Source of the DNA: Candidatus Binatia bacterium
Lineage (GTDB): Bacteria > Eisenbacteria > RBG-16-71-46 > SZUA-252
Length of the DNA: 64,000 nt
Assembly (NCBI GenBank): GCA_035631035.1
Contig: DASQJL010000096.1
Coordinates: forward strand, 1,234-65,233
Direction of reading: 5' to 3'
Shown piece after piece: positions 19,133-28,241 of the stretch (position 1 is its first letter; every line of letters begins with the position of its first letter). A program made the translations under genes and the position numbers. The notes under the pieces were generated by a model that saw only the letters and a program-made list of their open reading frames with translations, was not told where the DNA came from and did not search any database.

Positions 19133-20272
19133 ATGGTGGCAAGAAAACGAACTGCGGCAACGACTTCGAGGCGCAAGGCGGCCGTTCGCAAGAAGCCGCT
19201 CTCCAGGCCCTTGGCGCGTCGGGGCGCTCCCTCGAAGCGCATTCCGGTCGCCGTGCTCGGCGCCACCGGAACGGTAGGGCAGCGCTTCATCCAGCTTCTC
19301 GAAAACCACCCCTGGTTCGAGCTGGCCGAGGTCATGGCCTCCGACCAGAGCGCCGGAAAGCGCTACGAAGAGGCGGCCGGAAGCCGCTGGAAGCTGCCGA
19401 CCGCGATTCCCGCCGCGGCGCGCGCCCTTCGGGTGAAGGGACCGCGCGAGCGCCTGACCTCGCACCTCCTCTTTTCCGCCTTGGACGCCTCGGTCGCCGG
19501 AGAGCTGGAGGAGCAATTCGCCCGCGCCGGACACCTGGTCTCCTCCAACGCGCGGAACCACCGGATGGATCCGCTCGTCCCGCTCGTCATCCCCGAGATC
19601 AACCGGGACCATCTGGAGATCCTCGACCGCCAGCCCTACGGCGACGGCGGCATCGTCACCAATCCGAATTGCTCCACGATCGTGCTCGCTCTCGCCCTGG
19701 CGCCGCTCCACCGCCGCTTCGGTGTCGAAGCGGTGATCGTGACCACGTTCCAGGCCACCAGCGGCGCCGGCTATCCCGGCGTGCCCTCGCTCGACATCCT
19801 TGGGAACGTCGTCCCGTTCGTTTCGGGGGAAGAGCCGAAGATGGAGAGCGAGACGCAGAAGATCCTGGGCAGCCTGAACGGACGCGGCTTCGAGCCGGCC
19901 ACGTTCGCGGTGAGCGCGCAGTGCCATCGCGTGCCCGTGATCGACGGCCACCTCGAAGCGGTGAGCCTGCGCCTCTCCGGCAGTCCCAGCAGGAAGCAGG
20001 TCGCCGAGACCCTGGCCGCCTTCCGCCCGCTCGCCAAGCTGGACCTGCCGAGCGCGCCCGCGGAGCCGATCGTGATTCGTACCGAGGAGGACCGTCCCCA
20101 GCCGCGCCTGGACGCCGACCGCGCGGGCGGCATGGGGGTCACCGTCGGCCGGCTCCGTCCCTGCCCGGTGCTTCAATGGAAATTCGAAGCGCTTGCGCAC
20201 AACACGATCCGCGGCGCCGCCGGCGCGGCGATCCTGAATGCGGAAATCCTGGTCCGTGACGGCCGTCTCTGA
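19133..20272 (+). CDS. asd: Aspartate-semialdehyde dehydrogenase with a roughly 45-aa basic N-terminal extension
   Basis: GGAGGG SD. NAD-binding VAVLGATGTVGQ. Active-site NPNCSTI. The extension reads MVARKRTAATTSRRKAAVRKKPLSRPLARRGAPSKR. Confidence 0.85.
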   Translation: MVARKRTAATTSRRKAAVRKKPLSRPLARRGAPSKRIPVAVLGATGTVGQRFIQLLENHPWFELAEVMASDQSAGKRYEEAAGSRWKLPTAIPAAARALRVKGPRERLTSHLLFSALDASVAGELEEQFARAGHLVSSNARNHRMDPLVPLVIPEINRDHLEILDRQPYGDGGIVTNPNCSTIVLALALAPLHRRFGVEAVIVTTFQATSGAGYPGVPSLDILGNVVPFVSGEEPKMESETQKILGSLNGRGFEPATFAVSAQCHRVPVIDGHLEAVSLRLSGSPSRKQVAETLAAFRPLAKLDLPSAPAEPIVIRTEEDRPQPRLDADRAGGMGVTVGRLRPCPVLQWKFEALAHNTIRGAAGAAILNAEILVRDGRL

Positions 20273-20870
20273 GGCGCGTACGACGACCGCCGGCCGCGAC
20301 ATCGTGTTCGTGCGCCACGGCGAGACCGACTGGAATCGCGAGCGGCGGGTCCAGGGGTCCGAGGGTCCCGCGCTGAACGACGCCGGGCGGGACCAGGCCA
20401 AGGCGCTGGCGCGCTCCCTCTGGGAAGTTCCGCTGGCCGCCGTCTACACGAGCGCGCTTCCGCGCGCCCAGGAGACCGCCGCGTACGTGGCCGGGCCGCA
20501 CTCGCTCAACATCCACGTGGATCCCCGCCTGAACGAGATCCATCACGGCGCGTGGGAGGGACTCGCGGAAGAGGAGCTGCCCGACCTGGCGCTGTACCGC
20601 CGCTGGCGCGACGATCCGACCTCCTGCACCCTCCCCGGAGCCGAGCCGCTCGAGGCCGTGCACGAGCGCGCGGTCCTTGCGATGAAGGAGATCGTGGCGA
20701 AGCACCCCGGCAAAGAGGGGCTCATCGCCGTCGTAAGCCATCAGGTGGTGCTCGCGCTGCTCAAGTGCTACGTCCTGGACCAGCCCTGGAGCCGGATCCG
20801 GAAGAACGCGCTCGGCGTCGCGTCCTACGAAGTGCTGACCGTGGGCGAGGGGTTCCAGCCCCGGTCCTGA
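20256..20870 (+). CDS. Histidine phosphatase family protein (phosphoglycerate-mutase-like)
   Basis: RHGETDWN catalytic motif. It overlaps the asd 3' end. The start is ambiguous (ATG 20238, GTG 20256, or a later GTG). Confidence 0.7.
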   Translation: MTAVSEARTTTAGRDIVFVRHGETDWNRERRVQGSEGPALNDAGRDQAKALARSLWEVPLAAVYTSALPRAQETAAYVAGPHSLNIHVDPRLNEIHHGAWEGLAEEELPDLALYRRWRDDPTSCTLPGAEPLEAVHERAVLAMKEIVAKHPGKEGLIAVVSHQVVLALLKCYVLDQPWSRIRKNALGVASYEVLTVGEGFQPRS

Positions 20871-20884
20871 CGAGGAGGAAAGCC

Positions 20885-21967
20885 GTGCGTTACCAAGAAT
20901 GGGTTTCCAGGGTCCTGATCGGGTGCGCCCCGCTCCTGCTCGCCGCCGTGCTCGGATGTCCCGCGCGGGCCACGCCTCCCGCGGCGGCCGCAGGCGACAG
21001 CATCGCATGCGTGCCGGTGATGGCCGACACCGGAATCGTCGACACCGATCCCACGCCCTCGCCCGACGGCAAGTGGCTCGCCTATACGAGCGGCCAGGAT
21101 TCCCTTCGCCAGATCTGGGTCAAGCCGATCGACGGCGCCGACCGCGGCCGCCAGATCACGCACGATCCCGCTTCGGCGCGCGCCATGACGCCGACCTGGG
21201 CGCCCGACTCGAAATCGCTCCTCTTCATCTCGACCCGCACGAAGGACTACAACATCTACAGCGCTCCCGTGGAGGGCGGCGAGGCACGCGCCATGTCGGA
21301 TGCGCGCGCGAGCAATCGCTTCGCGGTCTACGCCCCCGACGGAAAAGAGATCGTCTTCCCCTCCAATCGCCAGAAGCCGGGGCAGATCTGGGGCTTCGAC
21401 CTCTACGTGATGGACGCGGCGGGGGAGAAGGCGAAGGAGCGCCCGGCGCGGCGGCTGACGAGCAACAACGGCAGCCCCGGGCATCCGACCTGGTCTCCCG
21501 ACGGCAAGTGGATCGCCTACGTCGCGAAGCCGATCGATACGACGAAGGTCGTGCAGGTGGGGCCGGGCATGACGATGCAGCAAGGGCCGATGTTCACCGC
21601 GTACCACCTCTGGAAGATGCCCGCGGGGGGCGGCGCCGAGCAGCAGCTCACCGGCATAGGCACCGAGTCGCAGCCGACCGAGGAGATCTGGCCGACCTGG
21701 TCGCCCGACGGGAAGTGGATCGCGGTGCAGCGCCGCGTGGGGCCTACCGACGACGTCTGGGTCTACGAAGTGGCGACCGGCACGTTCTACCCGGTCACCT
21801 CCTTCGGCAACGCGGGAAAACCGACCTGGTCGCCGGACGGCAAATCGATCTGGTTCGTCCGCGTGAACGGGAAGGATCACGACATCTGGCTGGCGAAGAA
21901 CGTCACCGCCGCGACCCTTCGCGCCAAGGCGAAACGGGACCCGCGGACGGCGACCGCCGTCCGCTAG
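20885..21967 (+). CDS. TolB-like periplasmic beta-propeller (PD40/WD40-like repeat) protein
   Basis: GAGGAGGAAAG SD plus GTG start. Signal/lipobox VLIGCAPLLLAAVLGC. Repeated SPDGKW/SPDGKS and APDGKE motifs. Confidence 0.75.
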   Translation: MRYQEWVSRVLIGCAPLLLAAVLGCPARATPPAAAAGDSIACVPVMADTGIVDTDPTPSPDGKWLAYTSGQDSLRQIWVKPIDGADRGRQITHDPASARAMTPTWAPDSKSLLFISTRTKDYNIYSAPVEGGEARAMSDARASNRFAVYAPDGKEIVFPSNRQKPGQIWGFDLYVMDAAGEKAKERPARRLTSNNGSPGHPTWSPDGKWIAYVAKPIDTTKVVQVGPGMTMQQGPMFTAYHLWKMPAGGGAEQQLTGIGTESQPTEEIWPTWSPDGKWIAVQRRVGPTDDVWVYEVATGTFYPVTSFGNAGKPTWSPDGKSIWFVRVNGKDHDIWLAKNVTAATLRAKAKRDPRTATAVR

Positions 21968-22401
21968 CGCACCACGATCGTTCCGGTCATCCCCTTCTTC
22001 ATGTGGCTGTCCACGCCGCAGTAGAAGTCGTATTCCCCCGGCTTCGTCGGCGTGAAGCGCACGTGCTTCGTGTGGTTGAACGAGATGATCCCGACGCTCC
22101 GGTCGATGTCGATGCCGGCGTCGCGCGCGTCGCACGTCATGTTGTGCGGGGTGAAGAGCGGCTTGAAGTGGAGCGTCAGTTCGACCGGCTTCCCCGCTTC
22201 GACCGTGATGCGGTTGGGATCGAAATAGAACGAGTGGACGTTCACGTCCACGCGCTGCACGCCGTCGGCATCCGCGCGGGCGGTCGCTTCCCGCACGCCG
22301 ATCTTGGCTCCGGACGTACCGCACCCGGCTAGCGCCGCGGTCAGGGCCAGGGCGACCGTGGCCACGCTCCCCATTCCCCTGAAACGCTTCGATGGCTTCA
22401 T
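21964..22401 (-). CDS. Cupredoxin-like (type-1 copper) lipoprotein
   Basis: Lipobox LTAALAGCG. Ligand pattern HNMTC ... FYCGVDSHMKKGM. Its stop overlaps the TolB-like stop within the palindrome GCTAGC. Confidence 0.65.
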   Translation of the reverse strand: MKPSKRFRGMGSVATVALALTAALAGCGTSGAKIGVREATARADADGVQRVDVNVHSFYFDPNRITVEAGKPVELTLHFKPLFTPHNMTCDARDAGIDIDRSVGIISFNHTKHVRFTPTKPGEYDFYCGVDSHMKKGMTGTIVVR

Positions 22402-22423
22402 GGTTTCCCCTGTGAGCCCGCTC

Positions 22424-23686
22424 CTACGGAGCGCGGAAAATGAGGCACGCGTTGGTGCCTCCGAACCCGAACGAATTGGAGATCACGGTTCGAATCGTCT
22501 CATTCCGCCCGCCCCCGGCAACGTAATCCAGGTCACAGTCCGGATCGGGGACCCGGAGATTCACGGTGCGGGGAAGGTACCCCTCCGCCAGCGAGAGGGA
22601 GGCGATGGCGGCCTCGAACGCGCCCGACGCGCCGAGGGCGTGGGCATGCATCCCCTTGGTGCCGCTCACCGGGATGCGGCGGGCCCGGTCGCCGAAGACT
22701 TCCTTGATCGCAATCGTCTCGACCCGGTCGTTCATCGGCGTGGAGGAGCCGTGCGCGTTCACGTGCTCGATCTCCTCGGGCGACAGCCGCGCGTCCCGGA
22801 GTGCCAGGCGCATCGCGCGGATGGCGTCCCGCCCTTCGGGGTGTGGCGCCGTCATGTGATACGCGTCGTTGGTCGTGCCGAATCCGGCCACCTCGGCATA
22901 GATGCGCGTCCCCCGCGCCAGGGCGTGGCCCATCTCCTCGAGCACGAGAACCGCGGCGCCCTCGGCCATCACGAATCCGTCCCGCCGGGCGTCGAAGGGG
23001 CGCGAGGCCTCCGGGGGCTCGTCGTTCGAGGTCGACATCGCGCGGATCACCGCGAACGCCGTGAAGGTGAGGGGCGCGAGCGGCGCCTCGACGCCTCCGG
23101 CGAGGACCACCTTGGCCAGTCCGTCGCGGATCAGCCGAAGCCCCTCGCCGATCGCGATCGAGCCGGAGGCGCACGAGTTCGAGTTGCCGATGGCGGGGCC
23201 GCGCGAGCCGATCTCGATCGCCACCTGGCAGGCGCCGGCGCCGGCGAAGACGCGGAGCGCCAGGCTGGGCGGCACCGATCGCGGTCCCGCCTGGAGGAAC
23301 TGGGCGTGGTCGGCCTCGGCGGAGGGGACACCCCCCAGAGCGGAACCGATCGCGACGGCCGCGTCTTCGGGGTGCACCGCCCCGCGCCCGGTCCCGACGG
23401 CGATCCCCGCGTCGTCGAGGGCCATGCGGGAGGCGGCCACGGAGAACTGCGCGAACCGGTCCAGGCGGTGCCGTCGCTTTCCTTCGAAATGGGCGCCGGG
23501 ATCGAAGTCGGGCACCTCGCCCGCGATGCGCGTCCGGAGCGGCGAGGCGTCGAAGCGGGTGATCGGTCCGACGCCGCGGCGGCCCTCGCGGATCCCCTGC
23601 CAGAAGGCGGGCCGCCCCGTGCCGATCGGCGTGATCAGGCCGAAGCCGGTCACGGCGCAGCGATGGGCCGGCGGAGGGGCGATCAT
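22424..23686 (-). CDS. fabF: Beta-ketoacyl-ACP synthase II-like condensing enzyme (FabF/KAS family)
   Basis: Active-site Cys in GNSNSCASGS. His-His motifs (YHMTAPH, HGSSTPMND). C-terminal SNSFGFGGTNACLIF. There is a 4-nt ATGA overlap with the SRPBCC gene. Confidence 0.8.
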   Translation of the reverse strand: MIAPPPAHRCAVTGFGLITPIGTGRPAFWQGIREGRRGVGPITRFDASPLRTRIAGEVPDFDPGAHFEGKRRHRLDRFAQFSVAASRMALDDAGIAVGTGRGAVHPEDAAVAIGSALGGVPSAEADHAQFLQAGPRSVPPSLALRVFAGAGACQVAIEIGSRGPAIGNSNSCASGSIAIGEGLRLIRDGLAKVVLAGGVEAPLAPLTFTAFAVIRAMSTSNDEPPEASRPFDARRDGFVMAEGAAVLVLEEMGHALARGTRIYAEVAGFGTTNDAYHMTAPHPEGRDAIRAMRLALRDARLSPEEIEHVNAHGSSTPMNDRVETIAIKEVFGDRARRIPVSGTKGMHAHALGASGAFEAAIASLSLAEGYLPRTVNLRVPDPDCDLDYVAGGGRNETIRTVISNSFGFGGTNACLIFRAP

Positions 23687-24186
23687 GCGGGCGCCTGGGC
23701 GTCCGCCGGAAGCGCGCCCCGGCCCGTCTCCGGCGCCTCGGCGAGCGACTTGAAGCGGCGGAGCGTCGCGCCCGCGATCGGCTCGATGAACTGCGGGGCG
23801 AGGACGCGCTCGGCGAGAAAACGGCCCATCGGCCGGGGGCCGAAGCGGAATTCGAGATCGTGCGTGATCGTCGCGCGGGTTCCTTCCCGCGCGCCGTCGC
23901 GCTCGGGCTGGAACGTCCAGAGGACGTCCATGCCGCGGGTCACGCCGCCCACGTGCCGGAAGCGGATCGTGCGGGAAGCGGCGTCGGGAGTCTGCTCCGC
24001 CTCCCAGAAGACCGGGATCGGGCCGCGGCGCGCGCTCATGCGCGCCCGCACGACGCTGCCGCTGCGCCCCGTCACCCGGACGTAGCGGTAGTGGGGGAGG
24101 AGCATCGGCCAGCGGTCGAGAGCGGCGACCAGCGGGAACACGCGGTCGGGGGGTGCCGCGATCCAGATGGAAACCGACGAGTGCAT
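23683..24186 (-). CDS. SRPBCC-superfamily protein (polyketide cyclase/dehydrase, Bet v1-like)
   Basis: Size and pattern typical of the PF10604/PF03364 fold. It is translationally coupled to the KAS gene. Confidence 0.65.
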   Translation of the reverse strand: MHSSVSIWIAAPPDRVFPLVAALDRWPMLLPHYRYVRVTGRSGSVVRARMSARRGPIPVFWEAEQTPDAASRTIRFRHVGGVTRGMDVLWTFQPERDGAREGTRATITHDLEFRFGPRPMGRFLAERVLAPQFIEPIAGATLRRFKSLAEAPETGRGALPADAQAPA

Positions 24187-24204
24187 CGGATGACGTCCTT
24201 GCGT

Positions 24205-24639
24205 CTAGCGAACCCGGCGGGGAGGCTCGTTCCGGCGCATCCGCGAAGCCACGGCGTCGATCGAGACGCCGACCTGCTTCGCGATCGCCTTCCAGTCCTG
24301 GCCATCGCGGCGCATCTCCACGATCTGGTCGGGAAGCGTGGCCGACTGGCGTCTCGAGGCGCGCGCGAACCCGTACACCATGGCGATCTCGCCGTAGCCC
24401 AGCGCCCAGCCGTCGTGCCTCGCCCGCAGCGTGTCCTCGGGCATGGCGAGCTGGGCGGCCAGCTGTTTCACCACCCTGGCCTCGCCCTCGGGGGTCGATG
24501 CCTCGCGGTCGATGCGCGCCACGGAGCGCTGGATGCGCTGCAGGGCGGTCTCCTTGGTCGCGACGCCGGCGGCGGCCTGCGCGGGGAGCGCCGTGGCCAG
24601 GAGGAGCAGCGCGGCGATCACGTGCGAGCGAACGGGCAT
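24205..24639 (-). CDS. Secreted hypothetical protein (144 aa)
   Basis: Signal peptide MPVRSHVIAALLLLATALPAQAAAG. No recognisable domain. Confidence 0.5.
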   Translation of the reverse strand: MPVRSHVIAALLLLATALPAQAAAGVATKETALQRIQRSVARIDREASTPEGEARVVKQLAAQLAMPEDTLRARHDGWALGYGEIAMVYGFARASRRQSATLPDQIVEMRRDGQDWKAIAKQVGVSIDAVASRMRRNEPPRRVR

Positions 24640-24682
24640 GTCGAGATCCTCCCTGGAAGTGGAACGGCTCGGTCCCGGGACT

Positions 24683-26422
24683 CTAACGCAGGAACGCGAC
24701 TTTGCGGACCGCCGACCCTTCGGGCGTGGAGAGACGCATCCAGTAGACGCCGCTCGCGGCGGGCGAGCCGCCCTGGCCGCGTCCGTCCCAGGTGAGCGCG
24801 TGGGTGCCCGGCTCGGAGATCCGCTGCTCGATGGTGCGCACCAGCGCTCCGCGCGCGTCGAAGACCTGGACCCGGACCGGGCCGCTCGTTCGGGTCGTGA
24901 AGGCGATGCTCGCCGCGCCGCGCGCCGGATTTCCGGAAGCGATGCGGGCCGCGAGGGGGCCGCCGTCGATCGCGGCCGCGAGGCCGGTCGGTCCCACCGG
25001 GTGGCGCACGGCCTGGTCCAGCTGGATCAACCCGTTCCCATAGAGCGGGTCGAAGGCCCGGGTCGTCTGGAACCGGTTCACCGCCGTGGCCCGGAGCGTC
25101 TGCTCGATCGCGCCCTGGTCGCGGAGCCCCAGCGAGCGGAGGAGCGCCACCGCACCCGAAACGTGCGGTGCCGCGTTCGACGTGCCGAACTGCACGAAGA
25201 CGTCGAACGAATCGGGATTCGCGAGGGACCCGGCCGAGCGGTAGGGCTTGATGCTCAGCACGAAGATGCCGTCCTGGACATGGTCGCCGTTCACGTCGCC
25301 GAAATCGCCTCCGGGGGCCATGAAGTCGACGTCGGGCCCGTACGAGGAGTAGGCCGCGCGCGTGTCGTCGGGGCCCGTGGCGCCGACGGCGATGACGCCC
25401 GGGTATCCGGCGGGCAGGCTCACTTCCGGCGCGCCGAAATTGCCGGTGGCGGCCACGAGGATCGTGCCGCGGCGCTGCGCGTAGGTCACCGCGTCCTGCA
25501 GCGGGTTGAACATGTGCGCCAGGAAGCTCTCCCGGTATCCGAGAGCCCGGAACAGGCGCACCGGCGGGAAGCCGAGGCTCAGGTTGGCGATGTCGGCGCC
25601 CTGGTCGGCCGCGAGGCGGATCCCCTTGATGATCCACTCCATGTCCGAGTCGTTCCGGTAATCGATCACCTTGATCGGCAGGATCGTCACGCCGAAGGCG
25701 ATCCCCGCGCTGCCGGCCGTGTTGTTGGCCGCGCCCGCGGCGATCGTGGTGATGAACGTGCCGTGCCCGTTGTCGTCGTTGGGGTGGGCGTCCTCATGCA
25801 CGAAGTCCCAGCCGGGGAGGAAGGGCCCCGGAAGCTCAGGCGAGCGGCGGTACATGGTCACGCCCGGCTTGACGAAGGGGCGCTCGTATTCGGGAATCTC
25901 GTGATCTTCGTACGCCACGCCGGTGTCGATGATGGCGAGAACGACGTCGGGATGTCCGGTCACGACGTCCCAGGCGTCATAGGCGTGCACCGCGCGCAGG
26001 TTCCAGGCGAGATCGAAATGCGCGATGGTCGTGTCGTTGGGCGTGAAGAAGCCGCGCGCGTAGAGGTTCGGGGCCGCGTAGTCCACGTCGGCACGCGCGT
26101 TCCAGTGGTCCAGCATGTCGTCGACGGTCTGCCCCGGGGCGAGCCGGATCTTCACGAGACCGTCCGGCGTCACGTCGCTCGCCAGCTGGGCGCCCTCGGA
26201 CGCGGCTGCCGCCTGCCGCTGTGCGGCCGTGACCGATCCCTTGAACTGCACGAGCAGCTCGCCGGGGACGTATCCGGGTTGGTGGAATCCGGGCTCGAGC
26301 CCGACCGGGATCTCCCAGAGCCACGACTGCGCGACGGCGGGGGCAGGAGCAAGGAGGGAGAGCGCCGCGACGATCAGGACGGCGGTCGAGAGGCTGTCTG
26401 CAATCCACCGGAACCGGATCAT
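24683..26422 (-). CDS. Secreted subtilisin-like S8 serine protease with a C-terminal Ig-like (FlgD-Ig / sorting-type) domain
   Basis: Start at MIRFRW... with a GGAGGA SD and signal peptide. Catalytic D (IDTGV), H (HGTFI) and S (GTSNAAPHVSG). C-terminal GVYWMRLSTPEGSAVRKVAFLR. Confidence 0.85.
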   Translation of the reverse strand: MIRFRWIADSLSTAVLIVAALSLLAPAPAVAQSWLWEIPVGLEPGFHQPGYVPGELLVQFKGSVTAAQRQAAAASEGAQLASDVTPDGLVKIRLAPGQTVDDMLDHWNARADVDYAAPNLYARGFFTPNDTTIAHFDLAWNLRAVHAYDAWDVVTGHPDVVLAIIDTGVAYEDHEIPEYERPFVKPGVTMYRRSPELPGPFLPGWDFVHEDAHPNDDNGHGTFITTIAAGAANNTAGSAGIAFGVTILPIKVIDYRNDSDMEWIIKGIRLAADQGADIANLSLGFPPVRLFRALGYRESFLAHMFNPLQDAVTYAQRRGTILVAATGNFGAPEVSLPAGYPGVIAVGATGPDDTRAAYSSYGPDVDFMAPGGDFGDVNGDHVQDGIFVLSIKPYRSAGSLANPDSFDVFVQFGTSNAAPHVSGAVALLRSLGLRDQGAIEQTLRATAVNRFQTTRAFDPLYGNGLIQLDQAVRHPVGPTGLAAAIDGGPLAARIASGNPARGAASIAFTTRTSGPVRVQVFDARGALVRTIEQRISEPGTHALTWDGRGQGGSPAASGVYWMRLSTPEGSAVRKVAFLR

Positions 26423-26567
26423 GCGTCCTCCGCGGAAGGTCGGGGCGCGTTGCGGGCCCGCTGCGGTGTGCGATCCGGGGGGACGGCGGCACTCGGCGCG
26501 GAACGAGATGTCCATCAATTCTAGCATACGTGCGCCGCACGCCGACGCGACGGGAAAACGCTCCGGG

Positions 26568-27635
26568 CTAGGCCAGCCGCTCCCCCGACTCGGGATCGAA
26601 GAGGACAGCACGGGAGGCATCGGGACGAAGCCGGATCGCCGCCCCCGGCGCCGGGGCGCTTTCGGAGGGCGGAATCCGGATCACCATCCTCCCCCAGTCG
26701 CCGCCCGCGTGGAGGAGGGACTCCCCGCCCAGGTGCTCCACCCGCTCCACGCGCGCCGCCATGTCCCCGCCGGACAGCGCGACCCCTTCGGGGCGGAGGC
26801 CGAGCAGAGCGCGCCCGGCCCGCGGACGCGCGGCCGCTCCCAGGTCCAGGCGCCAGCCGCTCGCCTGAAACGAGGCGCCGCCCGCGCCGCGCACCACCTC
26901 GCCCTCGATGAGGTTGATCGGCGGCTCCCCCACGAAGCGCGCGACGAAGAGGTCGCGCGGGTCGCGATAGACCGACTGCGGCGCCCCGATCTGCCGGACC
27001 TGCCCCGCGCGCATGACGGCGACCTGGTCGCCCAGCGACAGCGCCTCCTTCTGGTCATGGGTGACGTAGATCGACGTGGTGCGCGTCAGCCGGTGGAGGC
27101 GCGCCAGCTCCTCGCGGAGCTCCTGGCGGAGCTGGGCGTCCAGGCTGGAGAGCGGCTCGTCGAAGAGGTAGAGCCTGGGGCGGCGCACCAGCGCGCGGCC
27201 CACCGCGACCCGCTGGCGCTCGCCGCCGGAGAGCTCGCGGGGACGCTTCTGGAGATAGCGCGTGAGCCCCAGCGTCTCCGCCGCTTCCTTCACCCGGCGA
27301 TCGGTCTCCGCCTCCGGCGTCTTCCGCGCGCGGAGCCCCAGCCCCAGGTTCTCGGCGACCGTCATGTGCGGGTAGAGCGCGAGCCCCTGGAACACCATCG
27401 CCACGTCGCGGTCCTTGGGTTCGAGGCGGGTCACGTCGGACCCGTCCATGCGGATCGAGCCGGACGTGGGCATCTCCAGACCCGCGATGAGTCGAAGGAG
27501 GCTAGACTTGCCGCACCCGGAGGGACCGAGGATCGCGAGGAACGCGCCGTCCTCGAGCGCGAGGTCCACGCCATCCACGGCGCGGGTGCCGTTGGGATAG
27601 GTCAGCGTGAGCGCGGCGAGCGTGAGGGAAGCCAT
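26568..27635 (-). CDS. ABC transporter ATP-binding protein, MalK/UgpC-like (orphan, no adjacent permease)
   Basis: Walker A GPSGCGKSS. Signature LSGGERQRV. Walker B LYLFDEPLS. C-terminal MalK-type regulatory domain. Confidence 0.85.
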   Translation of the reverse strand: MASLTLAALTLTYPNGTRAVDGVDLALEDGAFLAILGPSGCGKSSLLRLIAGLEMPTSGSIRMDGSDVTRLEPKDRDVAMVFQGLALYPHMTVAENLGLGLRARKTPEAETDRRVKEAAETLGLTRYLQKRPRELSGGERQRVAVGRALVRRPRLYLFDEPLSSLDAQLRQELREELARLHRLTRTTSIYVTHDQKEALSLGDQVAVMRAGQVRQIGAPQSVYRDPRDLFVARFVGEPPINLIEGEVVRGAGGASFQASGWRLDLGAAARPRAGRALLGLRPEGVALSGGDMAARVERVEHLGGESLLHAGGDWGRMVIRIPPSESAPAPGAAIRLRPDASRAVLFDPESGERLA

Positions 27636-27718
27636 GCGCGGCTACGGTAGCAGGCGATCGGGGGCCGTGCCAGCGTCCGCACGGCCCTTCTGCGAGGAAG
27701 GCACCCGGGGTGCGGCCG

Positions 27719-28228
27719 CTAGATCCTCCGCGAGTCGTACGCCCAGTGGAGCAGCGCCTGCCGCTGCCGGGGGCGGCAGGAGAGGTCCCTGCGGCGGCAG
27801 TTCTTCTCGATCTGCGCGGCGTGCCGGCGCACCGCGCGCCAGCGCCGGATCTGCCGCTCGTCGTCGGGGCAGCGACGCCCCGAGTAGTAGCGGCAGTACC
27901 ACTGGAACCAGCCGCGCGGATCCTCGCGGTAGATCCACCCCTTCTTCCTCCAGACCGAGAGCGGCTGCGACGCGTTCACGCCGAAGTAGTTGAGCGCCGG
28001 ATCGTGCCGCTCGGGACAGAGCTTGGCGAACCGGAACCAGTCGGCGGGGAATTCCGCGAGACAGTCGGTCATGTAGCGTCCGCCGAAGACGCCCAGCCGA
28101 AGGAGCTGCTTGGGGGTCAGCTCCGGGCGGAACTCGGGATGGAAGTTCCGCCCCATCGGCTCGGTGCGATGGTAGGCGTATCCTCGCTGCATCCGGTCGT
28201 TCACGACGATCCGCGCGCCGCGGGTCAT
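27719..28228 (-). CDS. Conserved hypothetical protein (about 170 aa, Trp/Arg/Cys-rich)
   Basis: Start MTRGARIVVNDRMQRGYAYHR.... Conserved-looking blocks NYFGVNASQPLSVWRKKGWIYREDPRGWFQWYCRYYSGRR. The upstream 136 codons of the ORF-track entry are an artefact. Confidence 0.5.
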   Translation of the reverse strand: MTRGARIVVNDRMQRGYAYHRTEPMGRNFHPEFRPELTPKQLLRLGVFGGRYMTDCLAEFPADWFRFAKLCPERHDPALNYFGVNASQPLSVWRKKGWIYREDPRGWFQWYCRYYSGRRCPDDERQIRRWRAVRRHAAQIEKNCRRRDLSCRPRQRQALLHWAYDSRRI

Positions 28229-28241
28229 GATGACGCGCCAG

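Noticed and set aside
21961-21970. Convergent stop codons of the TolB-like and cupredoxin genes sharing the palindrome GCTAGC
   Set aside because: It is real but trivial, with no functional implication beyond tight packing.
16321-22332. Several + or minus strand long ORFs (16321-18228, 18229-20259, 20899-22332, 20825-22324)
   Set aside because: They are antisense or alternative frames of well-supported genes (exported barrel protein, asd, TolB-like).
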